Part shown: positions 42,634 to 52,522 of the stretch, piece after piece
Layout: each line of letters starts with the position of its first letter
Position numbering within the stretch: position 1 is the first letter of the stretch
NCBI GenBank assembly: GCA_963740315.1
Contig: CAVUDP010000004.1
Coordinates: 1-64,000 of the forward strand
Length of the DNA stretch: 64,000 nt
Direction: 5' to 3'
DNA from: an uncultured cyanobacterium
GTDB lineage: Bacteria; Cyanobacteriota; Cyanobacteriia; Cyanobacteriales; Nostocaceae
The notes under the pieces: model-generated
The model's input: the letters and a program-made list of their open reading frames with translations, nothing else
Told to the model about the DNA's origin: nothing
Databases searched by the model: none
Translations under genes and position numbers: made by a program

Positions 42634-44619
42634 TTGTCCAGGTTCCATTCACCTGTTATTATGCCTGCTAAATATTTTTTCTTCTCAAATAGTTATAAAT
42701 ACTGTCAGTGGTTGAGTTTTGCTGTTTTATCGAGCATGACTTTTGTAAAACCAGTTAAAGCCGAAGAAATAAAGCCAATAGAAATATCTTCAAAATCTTA
42801 TAAAGAATCTAATACTTTAACTTCAAAAGCGATTCGGTTAAAGAGTGCTATTCAAAGAAATAGATCGCTCAATGGTAATTCAAATTTGCAAATTGTAGAC
42901 CGCTTAAGTGCAAAGAAACCTTTAGATACAGATATCTTATTCAAATATCCAGACACTGTTTCCCAAACACCACTTCGTCAATCTTCTCCTCAAGATACCA
43001 CCAAACCCCCATCAGAGCGGCAGCTTCGGGAACCGAATATACCGACTTTACCACCACCAGAAGACTTATTAGAACCAAACGGTACGTTTACTACACCAGA
43101 TGTACCGGGAAAACTGCGTCAAACGATTACTGTAGACAAGTTTGAAATTAAAGGTAATACGGTTTTCAAACAGCAAAAATTTGATGAAATTACCAAACCT
43201 TATACTAATCGTCAGATAACATTCGCCGAACTTTTACAACTGCGATCGCAACTTACAAAACTGTACCTTGATGCAGGATATATAACTAGTGGCGCTTTTA
43301 TTCCAACCCAAAAATTTCAAGACGGTACGGTTGAAATTGAAATTATAGAAGGTGGATTAGAAGACATTAAAGTCAGTGGAAACCGCAAGTTAAATTCTAG
43401 ATATATTCGTTCTCGTATAGCTCCGGGTGCGAGGAAGCCTCTCAACCGCGAAAAGCTACTTGAATCATTGCAGTTATTACAGCTAAACCCTTTAATAGAC
43501 AAGCTTTCAGCCGAACTTTCTGCTGGAACTCGCCCTGGAGAAAGTCTTTTAGAAATCAGCATTAACGAAACCCAAACTTTTAACACGCAACTGAGTTTAG
43601 ATAACGGGCGATCGCCAGCAGTCGGAAGTTTTCGCCGTCAAATTCAAGTCAGCGAAGCAAACTTGTTAGGCTTGGGTGATGGTATAAGCGCGGGTTACAG
43701 TAATACCGACGGTAGCAACGCTTTTGATGTCAATTATACTTTGCCAGTAAATCCCCGCAATGGTACTTTAGCGTTTAGCTACGGTATTTCTGATAGCGAT
43801 GTAATTGAAAGTCCGTTTAATGTCCTTGATATTCAATCAAAATCTCGTTATTACGAACTATCGCTACGTCAACCCATATTACAAACACCGGGTAAAGAAT
43901 TTGCTTTAGGTATAACAGCCAGTCGTCGAGAAAGCAAAGCTAGTTTATTTAACGGCGAAATTCCTTTTCCTAATTCTCCCGGTGCAGACGAAGACGGAAA
44001 AACCCGTATTAGTGCGGTGCGTTTTTTCCAAGATTGGACAAATCGTAGCAGCAGCCAGGTTTTCGCCTTACGTTCTCAGTTCAGTGTAGGGCTAGACGCT
44101 CTTGATTCCACAATTAACGATAGATCCCCCGATAGTCGCTTTTATGCTTGGAGAGGACAAGCTCAGTGGGTGCGTCTTTTAGCACCCGATACCTTGTTAT
44201 TATTACGAGGAGACGTACAGTTAGCAGACCGACCCCTAGTACCTTTAGAGCAAATTGGTATAGGTGGGCAGGAAAGTGTCAGAGGATACCGTCAAGATGC
44301 TTTACTTACAGATAACGCCGTCTTTGCATCAGCCGAAGTCAGATTTCCCATTGCTCGTTTTTCCGGAGAAAACAACCTATTACAACTCGCTCCCTTTGTA
44401 GACTTTGGTAGCGCTTGGAATCGAGGAGGTAGAGAAGATTCCAACGGTGAAGACGAAACCAATACTTTATTGTCTTTAGGATTGGGATTGCGTTTGCAAC
44501 TACAAGAACGACTTACCGCTCGCTTTGACTGGGGCATTCCTTTAATTACAGTTGAAGGAGAAAAAGACACGTTGCAAGAAAACGGTTTATATTTCTCAGT
44601 AATTTACAATCCGTTTTAA
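42634..44619 (+). CDS. ShlB/FhaC/HecB-family (Omp85) outer-membrane secretion protein
   Basis: POTRA segments (GYITS, IIEG), VRGY motif, C-terminal YNPF. Start may be ATG 42661. Confidence 0.88.
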   Translation: MSRFHSPVIMPAKYFFFSNSYKYCQWLSFAVLSSMTFVKPVKAEEIKPIEISSKSYKESNTLTSKAIRLKSAIQRNRSLNGNSNLQIVDRLSAKKPLDTDILFKYPDTVSQTPLRQSSPQDTTKPPSERQLREPNIPTLPPPEDLLEPNGTFTTPDVPGKLRQTITVDKFEIKGNTVFKQQKFDEITKPYTNRQITFAELLQLRSQLTKLYLDAGYITSGAFIPTQKFQDGTVEIEIIEGGLEDIKVSGNRKLNSRYIRSRIAPGARKPLNREKLLESLQLLQLNPLIDKLSAELSAGTRPGESLLEISINETQTFNTQLSLDNGRSPAVGSFRRQIQVSEANLLGLGDGISAGYSNTDGSNAFDVNYTLPVNPRNGTLAFSYGISDSDVIESPFNVLDIQSKSRYYELSLRQPILQTPGKEFALGITASRRESKASLFNGEIPFPNSPGADEDGKTRISAVRFFQDWTNRSSSQVFALRSQFSVGLDALDSTINDRSPDSRFYAWRGQAQWVRLLAPDTLLLLRGDVQLADRPLVPLEQIGIGGQESVRGYRQDALLTDNAVFASAEVRFPIARFSGENNLLQLAPFVDFGSAWNRGGREDSNGEDETNTLLSLGLGLRLQLQERLTARFDWGIPLITVEGEKDTLQENGLYFSVIYNPF

Positions 44620-44775
44620 AAGTTAGAAGTTAGGAGTTAGGAATTAGGAATTAGGAGTTAAGAGTTCGGGTTTTTTAGTTTTAACCTTTAACTTTTAACC
44701 TTTAATTTATACTTTTTATGCTTAGAAGTACTGAGCATATGCTTTTGTTTTTATTTTTACTTCATAGAAAAAACT

Positions 44776-45006
44776 ATGTTAAATTTACAAAGCCATGTAA
44801 TGTGTACGGTTTTAGTTATTGCAATGACTGTTTCTTTTTTAGTAAATGGTCTTGCTGCTTTTAGTTTACTTTCGTTGAGTTTTAGAAAAGATTCTTACGA
44901 TATGTTAAATGATAGAGCTAGAATGCTTTGGATGTTACTTTTCATCTCATTTATAGGTGGAATAATTTTAGTTTTAGTATTCAATACTTCATGTAGTAGT
45001 AAATAA
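44776..45006 (+). CDS. Small two-TM hypothetical protein
   Basis: 76-aa ORF with two hydrophobic segments; no recognisable motif. Confidence 0.4.
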   Translation: MLNLQSHVMCTVLVIAMTVSFLVNGLAAFSLLSLSFRKDSYDMLNDRARMLWMLLFISFIGGIILVLVFNTSCSSK

Positions 45007-45349
45007 CATTGATTTTTCTTGGATTCCAAGACAATGCATTTCAATAATTAATTAGACCTCTGGGGAATATTAAATTCAGTAATTTAGACGTTTAGATCCC
45101 GCCAACCCTCTTTAGAAAGTGGGGCTTTGCGTAAGTTCTAAAATTAATAGGGTGCGTTCTGTAATCAATAATTTTACTCTAAATTAAACGTCATTATTAG
45201 ATACAGTCAAAGTTTAATTGTCTTATATTGCCCACCTAATTGATGATTTATAAACTTGATAATTATTGACTCTATCCAGTGTTTATTCGGATAACTTTAA
45301 TACTAAAGGTAATATATAGTTGAAATTTATAAAATTATAAAAAGCACTT

Positions 45350-47257
45350 ATGACAACTGTATTTAACTCTCTTCTGGAACCATTAAATAAACTTTCGGCA
45401 ACTGAAAAGATGGTTTTAGAGAAGATGATGCAACCTGTTAGTCTTTTAGCTGGAACTTGTATATTTCAAGAAGGCTCGGTTGCGGATAGCTGCTATATCC
45501 TTGAAGAAGGTACGGTACGAATTGAAACTGCATCAGAAAATAGTTCTAATTTTGTACTTAACTATTTGCAACCAGGGGGAATGTTTGGAGAAATAAGTTT
45601 ATTAGATAAAAAGCCTCGTTCGGCTACTGCTTATGCCCAAACAAATATAACAGCTAAAAAAATTCTCACTCAAGAGTTAGAAATATTATTAGATAATTAT
45701 CCGAGAATCTTTATTCATCTATGGGAACTTTTGGGAAAAGCTGCTGCGCTGAAAGTTCGCGATTTGAATCGACTTGTAATTGAAAAAGATGAGTTGGGAA
45801 CAGATCCCCAAGTTGATGAAATATTAGATAAAGCTTTAGTAGCTCAAAAAGAAATTGAAACTTGGTCTGAAGAACGTATAGATGCTTTACTACTCGAAAT
45901 TGCTTCATCGGTTGCGGAACAAGCTGAATTATTAGCAACTGCAACAGTAAAGGCTACTCGTATTGGAGATGTTTCTGATAAAGTTACTAAAAATAAAATT
46001 GCTAGCTTGGGTATTTATCGATCGCTTGCTGGTAAATCTGGATATGGTTTTATCTCAAATTATAAAAAAAATAACGTTAGTGAAATAGCAAGTCCGATTG
46101 GGGTTATCTTTGGAATTATTCCTATAACTAACCCAGTTGCAACAGCGGTTTTTAAAACTTTAATTTCTATAAAAAGCCGTAATGCGTTAATTTTAAGTTT
46201 TCCACTTTCTACAAAAAAAATTGGCACATTAGTTTGTGAAATTATTCAAGAAGCTTTAACTCGTAAAAACGCACCTGTAGACTTGATTCAGTACTTAAAA
46301 CATCGCAACTCGCGCAAACAAACAGAAATATTAATGAAACACGATAACGTCTCTTTAATATTAGCAACAGGAGGCGCGAATATGGTGAAAGCTGCTTATA
46401 GTTCTGGAACTCCGGCAATTGGTGTAGGTCCTGGCAATACTCCTACCTTAATTTGTGCGGATGCAAATATCGTTCACGCTGCTCGCAGTATTGTTTTAAG
46501 TAAATCATTTGATAATGGAATGATTTGCGGTTCCGAACATAATTTGATTGTTGATGCACGAGTTAGGAAGAAATTTATTAAAGCATTAGAAAAAGAAGGT
46601 GCGGCAATACTTAGCCAGGAAGAGAAAAACCACTTTACTACTGTTGCTTTCGCAGCTAAATCGCATCGATTGCAAGCAAATATTATCGGTCAGTCAGCAG
46701 CTAAAATTGCTGATATGGCAGATATTCAACGCGATTATTCGATTAAATTAATTGTAGTTCCGAATGAATGTATTAGTTTAGATAATCCATATGCTTATGA
46801 GAAAATGGCACCGATACTCAGTTTATTTACAGTCCAAAATGAGCATGAAGGTATAGAGCTTTGTCAAACAATATTACAGATAGAGGGTAAAGGACATACA
46901 GCAATTATTCATGTCAGAAATAAGGCAACTGTAAGAAAATTTGGGTTAGAAATACCCGCGAGTAGAATATTAGTAAATTCGCCGGGAGTACAGGGAATTA
47001 TAGGTTTTACAAGTGGTTTATATCCTTCTTTCACGTTAGGATGCGGTACCTTTGGAGGAAATTCAACTACTGATAATGTTACTTATCATCATCTTTTGAA
47101 TTTAAAAAGAGTTGCATACTATCAAGCCCCGAACTTTTTAGATCCAAAAATATTTAGCAATCAATATCCGCAGTACTTACTTAAACTAGTTAACTTATTA
47201 AATTTTTTAAAACTAAATGCTTTAGTAACATTCATATTGCAGCGAGTTTCAATTTAG
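45350..47257 (+). CDS. cNMP-binding domain fused to acylating aldehyde dehydrogenase (AdhE N-domain/EutE-like)
   Basis: FGEISLLDKKPRSATAYA (cNMP cassette); PITNP, ATGG, GVGPGN, SKSFDNGMICGSE (catalytic Cys), EKMAP, GHTA and TLGCGTFGGN motifs. Confidence 0.88.
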   Translation: MTTVFNSLLEPLNKLSATEKMVLEKMMQPVSLLAGTCIFQEGSVADSCYILEEGTVRIETASENSSNFVLNYLQPGGMFGEISLLDKKPRSATAYAQTNITAKKILTQELEILLDNYPRIFIHLWELLGKAAALKVRDLNRLVIEKDELGTDPQVDEILDKALVAQKEIETWSEERIDALLLEIASSVAEQAELLATATVKATRIGDVSDKVTKNKIASLGIYRSLAGKSGYGFISNYKKNNVSEIASPIGVIFGIIPITNPVATAVFKTLISIKSRNALILSFPLSTKKIGTLVCEIIQEALTRKNAPVDLIQYLKHRNSRKQTEILMKHDNVSLILATGGANMVKAAYSSGTPAIGVGPGNTPTLICADANIVHAARSIVLSKSFDNGMICGSEHNLIVDARVRKKFIKALEKEGAAILSQEEKNHFTTVAFAAKSHRLQANIIGQSAAKIADMADIQRDYSIKLIVVPNECISLDNPYAYEKMAPILSLFTVQNEHEGIELCQTILQIEGKGHTAIIHVRNKATVRKFGLEIPASRILVNSPGVQGIIGFTSGLYPSFTLGCGTFGGNSTTDNVTYHHLLNLKRVAYYQAPNFLDPKIFSNQYPQYLLKLVNLLNFLKLNALVTFILQRVSI

Positions 47258-47279
47258 ATAAAAAGAACCGTACCATATT

Positions 47280-50192
47280 ATGAGCGATCCAATACGTGTT
47301 GTCTGTTTGGGTGGTGGCTATGTTGCTATGTGGTTAACCAAAGCACTACGAAATGCCATCATATGTAAAAAAGTCGAGCTTGTTGTTGTCAGTCGGGATA
47401 ATTACCATACTTATCACGGTTTTATTGCTGAAATGTTGACGGGAAAAATTCAACCCAGTCAGGTAACAAGTCCAGCCAGAAGAATTTTTGACCCCGCTTA
47501 TTTTTGTAACGCAGAAATTGAAAACATAGACGTTATTAATCAAGTTATTACTACTAGTCGTTCTTTAGATGGAAAGCAATATGAATTAACTTACGACCAT
47601 TTGGTGATTTCATTAGGTTCGGTGGATGACTTATCAAGGTATCCTGGGATTGCCGAACATGCAATGAAATTAAAATCTTTTAATGATTGTTATAAAATCC
47701 GCAATCATCTCATTCAAATGTTGGAATTAGCAGAAATTGAAACAGATCCAGAAGAGCGATCGCGTTTGCTAACATTTGTAGTTGCGGGAGGAAATTATGG
47801 TGGTATTGAAGTAGCGACTGAGTTAGCCGATCATTTTCGTCTGTTAATTAAAAAAGAATATCGGCAAATTGGACTCGAAGAAATAACCGTCGTAGTTATT
47901 CATAGCGGGGAACGGATTTTATCCGAACTAGTATTGCGGTTTCCAGAGTTAGTTAGGTATGCTGAAAATTTTCTAGATGAGGAATTTTCTAATTTAAAAA
48001 TTATTACTAATACTCGTATTTTTGCCGCTACACCAGAAGAAGCAATACTTAGTAATGGAGAACGAATTTCAACTCGGACAATTATTAGCTGTACCGGAAC
48101 CGCACAATCACCTTTATTAGACAAACTATCATTAGAACGAGACAAATATGGAAAAGTTGTTACAGATGAGTTTGTCCGAGTCAAAGGAACAAATAATGTT
48201 TGGGCTGGAGGAGATTGTGCTGCGGTTCCTTTACCAACTGGAGGTAATTGTCCACCCCTAGCTATTTATGCTTTAACTTGTGGATATCACATTGGTGAAA
48301 ATATTTTACGTTCGATTGAAAGTAGAAGATTAAAAGCTTATAAATTTACCGGGCTTGGAGATGCTGTTTCTCTGGGAAACCGTCACGCGATCGCACATTT
48401 AAAAGGTGTTCCTTTATATGGGTTTAATGCTTGGGTTGCTTGGAGAATCGCTTTGTTTATTTTTGTTCCATCGTGGGAGCGAAAGTTTCGACTTTTAATA
48501 GACTGGTCGATGTGGCCTTTTTTAGGTCGAGATATTATCAGTATGAAAGTGCAAGATAAGCAAGGTTTAAAACAAGCGTATTTTCAACCGGGACAAGTTA
48601 TTGTTAAACCAGGAGATGTTGGTCGTTGCTTGTACTTAATTCGCAGTGGTGAGGTGGAAGTTTTAGAAGAATCGAATGGAGAAATAATTATTGAAACTCT
48701 CGGTTCTGGTAAATACTTTGGTCAAGCAGCAGTCTTAGAAAATAGTTACCATACTGCAACTGTTCGCGCTAAAACAAGCGTGCAATTAGTCACGATTGAC
48801 AAAGAAGAAGCATTATTATTAAGCAGTTCTTTACTTACTTCTAACCATACCGATCGCCTATTACCGTCTAATACATTTAGTCAAGAACAGAATAATAATC
48901 AACATACGGAAATGGTATTACAAACCTCTGTGATATCTGCAATGCAACCAGCACCCAAGCAATTAGCATCAAAACCACCAGCAAGGATTGGCAGCAATCG
49001 CATATTAACAAAATCGCAACCCCGACAATCGAATAAATTTGGCTTTTTGGGTTTAGCTTTACTAATGGGTGTAATTGCTACCTTAGCTAGCGTAACTACT
49101 TATGTTCTTACCTCAAAAAAAGTCGCCAATCCCGAACCAAACGAGAATATCATCGCATCCCAAAAGCCCGAAGTAGTGGCATTAGGACGCTTAGAACCTG
49201 CCGGAAAAATTATATCTGTAGCCGGTCCTGTAGGGGAAAGAATCGGACATTTGGAAGTTGCGGAAGGAGATACAGTTAAAAAAGAGCAAATTTTAGCTTA
49301 TTTAGAAAATTATAACGAACGACTTCAAACGCGAAATTTAGCCGCAGCTAAAGTTCGTGAAATCCAGGCACAAATCAAAACCGATACATTATTGCGTCAA
49401 GTTGAAGCTGAAAAATCTCAGTCAGAAATCGAACAAGTTAATACGCCCCAACTTTTACAAATCAAATCCCAGCAAGCTTTGATTCGTAAAGCCCAAGTGG
49501 AATTAACACAAGCAATTAAAACACGCGATCGCTTTAAATATCTGTCTCAACAAGGTGCGATCGCCAAACAAGATTTTGATGATAAACAATTAATTGTCCG
49601 TCAAGCCGAAGAAAATCTCAGTCAAGCCAAAGCAACTTTAGAACAGTTAACTCAAGCTCGAAAGTCTAATATTCGCACTGCTCAAACGGCTTTTAAAGCT
49701 TCTCAAGTTAATTTAGCCAGAGTTGAGAGTCATAGCGGACTAGAATCTGCTAAAAAGAATCTTGCTTTAGCACAAGCTCAGTTAGAGCGTTCAATCATTC
49801 GTGCCCCTCAAGATGGTACGGTGTTCAACATTTTTGCTCGTACTGGGGAAGCAATTTCGCAAAAAAGCATTTTACAGCTAGGAGATACACAACAAATGTT
49901 TGCTGTTGCTGAAGTATATGAAACTGATGTGAATAAAGTCAAAATTGGTCAACAAGCAATTGTTACTAGCCCTGCTTTTGTGAAACCGATTAAAGGAACT
50001 GTCGATAAAATTGGTAATTTAGTATTTAAAAATAACATTATCGGTGACGATCCCACAGCAGATAAAGACGCACGTATCGTAGAAGTTAAAATTCGCTTAC
50101 AAGAAAGCGAACCAGTTGCTAACTTTAGTAACCTGCAAGTCGATGTCAGAATTGGATTAAACAATGTGGGAGAAATAGGTGCGAAACCGTAA
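47280..50192 (+). CDS. Fusion: NDH-2-like FAD oxidoreductase + cNMP-like domain + DevB/HlyD membrane fusion protein
   Basis: CLGGGY, YDHLVISLGS, FVVAGGNYGGIE and WAGGDCA motifs; then YLIRSGEVEV...GKYFGQ; then a TM helix, ALGRLEP, IRAPQDGTV, AEVYETD and DARIVEVKIRL. One uninterrupted frame. Confidence 0.82.
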   Translation: MSDPIRVVCLGGGYVAMWLTKALRNAIICKKVELVVVSRDNYHTYHGFIAEMLTGKIQPSQVTSPARRIFDPAYFCNAEIENIDVINQVITTSRSLDGKQYELTYDHLVISLGSVDDLSRYPGIAEHAMKLKSFNDCYKIRNHLIQMLELAEIETDPEERSRLLTFVVAGGNYGGIEVATELADHFRLLIKKEYRQIGLEEITVVVIHSGERILSELVLRFPELVRYAENFLDEEFSNLKIITNTRIFAATPEEAILSNGERISTRTIISCTGTAQSPLLDKLSLERDKYGKVVTDEFVRVKGTNNVWAGGDCAAVPLPTGGNCPPLAIYALTCGYHIGENILRSIESRRLKAYKFTGLGDAVSLGNRHAIAHLKGVPLYGFNAWVAWRIALFIFVPSWERKFRLLIDWSMWPFLGRDIISMKVQDKQGLKQAYFQPGQVIVKPGDVGRCLYLIRSGEVEVLEESNGEIIIETLGSGKYFGQAAVLENSYHTATVRAKTSVQLVTIDKEEALLLSSSLLTSNHTDRLLPSNTFSQEQNNNQHTEMVLQTSVISAMQPAPKQLASKPPARIGSNRILTKSQPRQSNKFGFLGLALLMGVIATLASVTTYVLTSKKVANPEPNENIIASQKPEVVALGRLEPAGKIISVAGPVGERIGHLEVAEGDTVKKEQILAYLENYNERLQTRNLAAAKVREIQAQIKTDTLLRQVEAEKSQSEIEQVNTPQLLQIKSQQALIRKAQVELTQAIKTRDRFKYLSQQGAIAKQDFDDKQLIVRQAEENLSQAKATLEQLTQARKSNIRTAQTAFKASQVNLARVESHSGLESAKKNLALAQAQLERSIIRAPQDGTVFNIFARTGEAISQKSILQLGDTQQMFAVAEVYETDVNKVKIGQQAIVTSPAFVKPIKGTVDKIGNLVFKNNIIGDDPTADKDARIVEVKIRLQESEPVANFSNLQVDVRIGLNNVGEIGAKP

Positions 50193-51333
50193 ATTTCATT
50201 GGAATGGACCTGCATTAGCATGGCTGAATTTAATTCATGCTAAAACTCGATTTTTTGTAGCACTTTCGGCAATTGGATTTGCGGTTACTCTAATTTTTAT
50301 TCAGCTAGGATTTTTGGGTGCTGTATTAAAAACAGCTACTTTTATTTACGATAATCTTAACTTTGATATTATTTTAATCTCACCCAAATCACTAGAAGCT
50401 AGCTATACATTACCATTTTCTCGGCAACGTTTATATCAAGCAGCAGCAATACCTGGCGTAGCTTCGGTTACACCTTTTTATGTTTCATTTAAACAATGGC
50501 GCAATCCAGAAACTAAATTTACACGTTCAATATTAACAATGGGTTTCAATCCTAAAGATAAAGTATTTAAAGATCCAGAAATTAATAAATATAGATTAGA
50601 ACTACAAAGTCAAGACAAACTATTAATGAACCGCTTTTCTAGACCTGAATTTGGTTCGAGGGAAGTCGGTTTAAAGACCGAACTCGGAGGTCGAAACATT
50701 GAAGTAATTGGATTTTTCTCGATGACAAATAGTTTGCGAGCAGATGGAACTGTAGTCATGAGCGACCAAAACTTTATTCGTCTTTATAATGGTCGTTCGT
50801 TTGATGATATCAGTTTAGGATTAATAAATATAAAAGATAATGTTGCCCTTACTAAAGTAATTAAAAACTTACGTCAAGCATTACCAAAAGATGTAGAAGT
50901 TTTAAGCCGCGAACAAGCTGGAGAAAGAGATAAAAATTATTGGCTGACATCAACTTCCATCGGCATAATTTTTGGTACGGGAGCAATTATGGCTTTTATT
51001 GTCGGAACTGTAATTGTTTATCAAGTCCTTTATACCGATATTACAGAACATCTTAATGAGTATGCCACATTAAAAGCGATCGGATACAGTAACTTCAAAT
51101 TATCCCAAGTAATTCTACAAGAAGCAGTAATTCTGGCTTTTATCGGATTTTTTCCGGCTTTTTTAATTACTTTAGGTTTATACGCTTTAACTCGTTCGGC
51201 TACAGGTTTACCAATGGCAATGAGTTATGGACGCGCTAGCTTTGTTTTTCTATTAACTAATGTTATGTGTTCTGTTTCTGGATTATTATCTTTACGCAAA
51301 GTTTTAACAACCGATCCTGCTGATGTTTTCTAA
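50179..51333 (+). CDS. devC: DevC-family ABC permease
   Basis: LAWLNL, IQLGF, VYQVLYTDI.EHL.EYATLKAIGY and terminal DPADVF motifs. Confidence 0.88.
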   Translation: MRNRKFHWNGPALAWLNLIHAKTRFFVALSAIGFAVTLIFIQLGFLGAVLKTATFIYDNLNFDIILISPKSLEASYTLPFSRQRLYQAAAIPGVASVTPFYVSFKQWRNPETKFTRSILTMGFNPKDKVFKDPEINKYRLELQSQDKLLMNRFSRPEFGSREVGLKTELGGRNIEVIGFFSMTNSLRADGTVVMSDQNFIRLYNGRSFDDISLGLINIKDNVALTKVIKNLRQALPKDVEVLSREQAGERDKNYWLTSTSIGIIFGTGAIMAFIVGTVIVYQVLYTDITEHLNEYATLKAIGYSNFKLSQVILQEAVILAFIGFFPAFLITLGLYALTRSATGLPMAMSYGRASFVFLLTNVMCSVSGLLSLRKVLTTDPADVF

Positions 51334-51335
51334 AT

Positions 51336-52508
51336 ATGTTCTTCTTTAAATTTTCTCTAGCTTGGATTAACTTAGTTCATCATAAACAACGCTTTCTTAC
51401 AGCATTAGGTGCGGTAGTTTTTGCTGTTGTGCTGATGTTTATCCAATTGGGATTTCGGAATGCAATGCTTCAAAGTAGCGTCGAGTTTATTAATCGCTTG
51501 GATGCGGATTTGATTTTAACTAGCCGTCATCGATACGTAAGCTTTTACGACTATACTTTTAAAAAAAATCGATTATATCAAGTCCAAGGATTTGCAGGTG
51601 TAAAAACAGTTTCACCGCTGTATTTAGCTATAGGAATTTGGAAAAATAAAGCAGGAGTACGTCAACGCCCGATTAGAATTTTTGGATATAACTTAGAATA
51701 TCAAACTTTTTTAATTCCCGATATATCTAAATATAATAATGGTTTACAGTTTCCCGATACTACGATCGCAGATCGAAAATCTCGGAAAAGCTTTGGCAAG
51801 ATGACACCGGGTGTGGAGGTAGAATTGCTCGATAGAAAGGTGAAAATTATCGGTAACTTTGAGTTAGGAACTGATTTCGTAGCTGATGGAAACTTAATTA
51901 CCAGCGATCGGAATTTTTTAAGAATATTTTACGGTAAACCTTACGGGGATTTTGGTAATATTCGCACTTCTTTAGACGATGTTGATTTTGGATTAATTAA
52001 GCTCAAATCGCCCCAAGTTGATGTCACAACTTTGGTAGAAACCTTAAATAAATCTTTGCCTCCAGATGTCGTAGTGATGACCAAAAAAGACTTTATGAAC
52101 CAAGATGTTAAATATTTTGATAAGTCTACTCCCATCGGTTTTATGTTTGGTTTAGGAACAGTAATAGGCTTTTTTGTCGGCATTATTGTTGTTTATAACA
52201 TTATTTATACAGATATTAATAATAATTTACCTCAATACGGCACTCTCAGAGCCATCGGATATCCTAATTCATATTTATTTATCATTATCATATTGCAATC
52301 AACAATCTTAGCAGTAATTGGTTTTTTCCCAGGCTTATTTACAAGCATATTAATTTATCAAGTCATGGCAAAAGCCACTGGTTTATTAGTGGAAATGAGC
52401 GTTAACGTTGCCATATTGGTAGCAGTACTGACTATTTTTATGTGCATATTCGCAGGATTAATCGGTGCAAAAAAAATTCAAGGACTAGATCCAGCAGAAG
52501 TATATTAA
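51336..52508 (+). CDS. devC: DevC-family ABC permease (second paralog)
   Basis: LAWINL, FIQLGF, FVADGNLITS and terminal DPAEVY motifs. Confidence 0.88.
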   Translation: MFFFKFSLAWINLVHHKQRFLTALGAVVFAVVLMFIQLGFRNAMLQSSVEFINRLDADLILTSRHRYVSFYDYTFKKNRLYQVQGFAGVKTVSPLYLAIGIWKNKAGVRQRPIRIFGYNLEYQTFLIPDISKYNNGLQFPDTTIADRKSRKSFGKMTPGVEVELLDRKVKIIGNFELGTDFVADGNLITSDRNFLRIFYGKPYGDFGNIRTSLDDVDFGLIKLKSPQVDVTTLVETLNKSLPPDVVVMTKKDFMNQDVKYFDKSTPIGFMFGLGTVIGFFVGIIVVYNIIYTDINNNLPQYGTLRAIGYPNSYLFIIIILQSTILAVIGFFPGLFTSILIYQVMAKATGLLVEMSVNVAILVAVLTIFMCIFAGLIGAKKIQGLDPAEVY

Positions 52509-52522
52509 TAAAAATAATTAAC

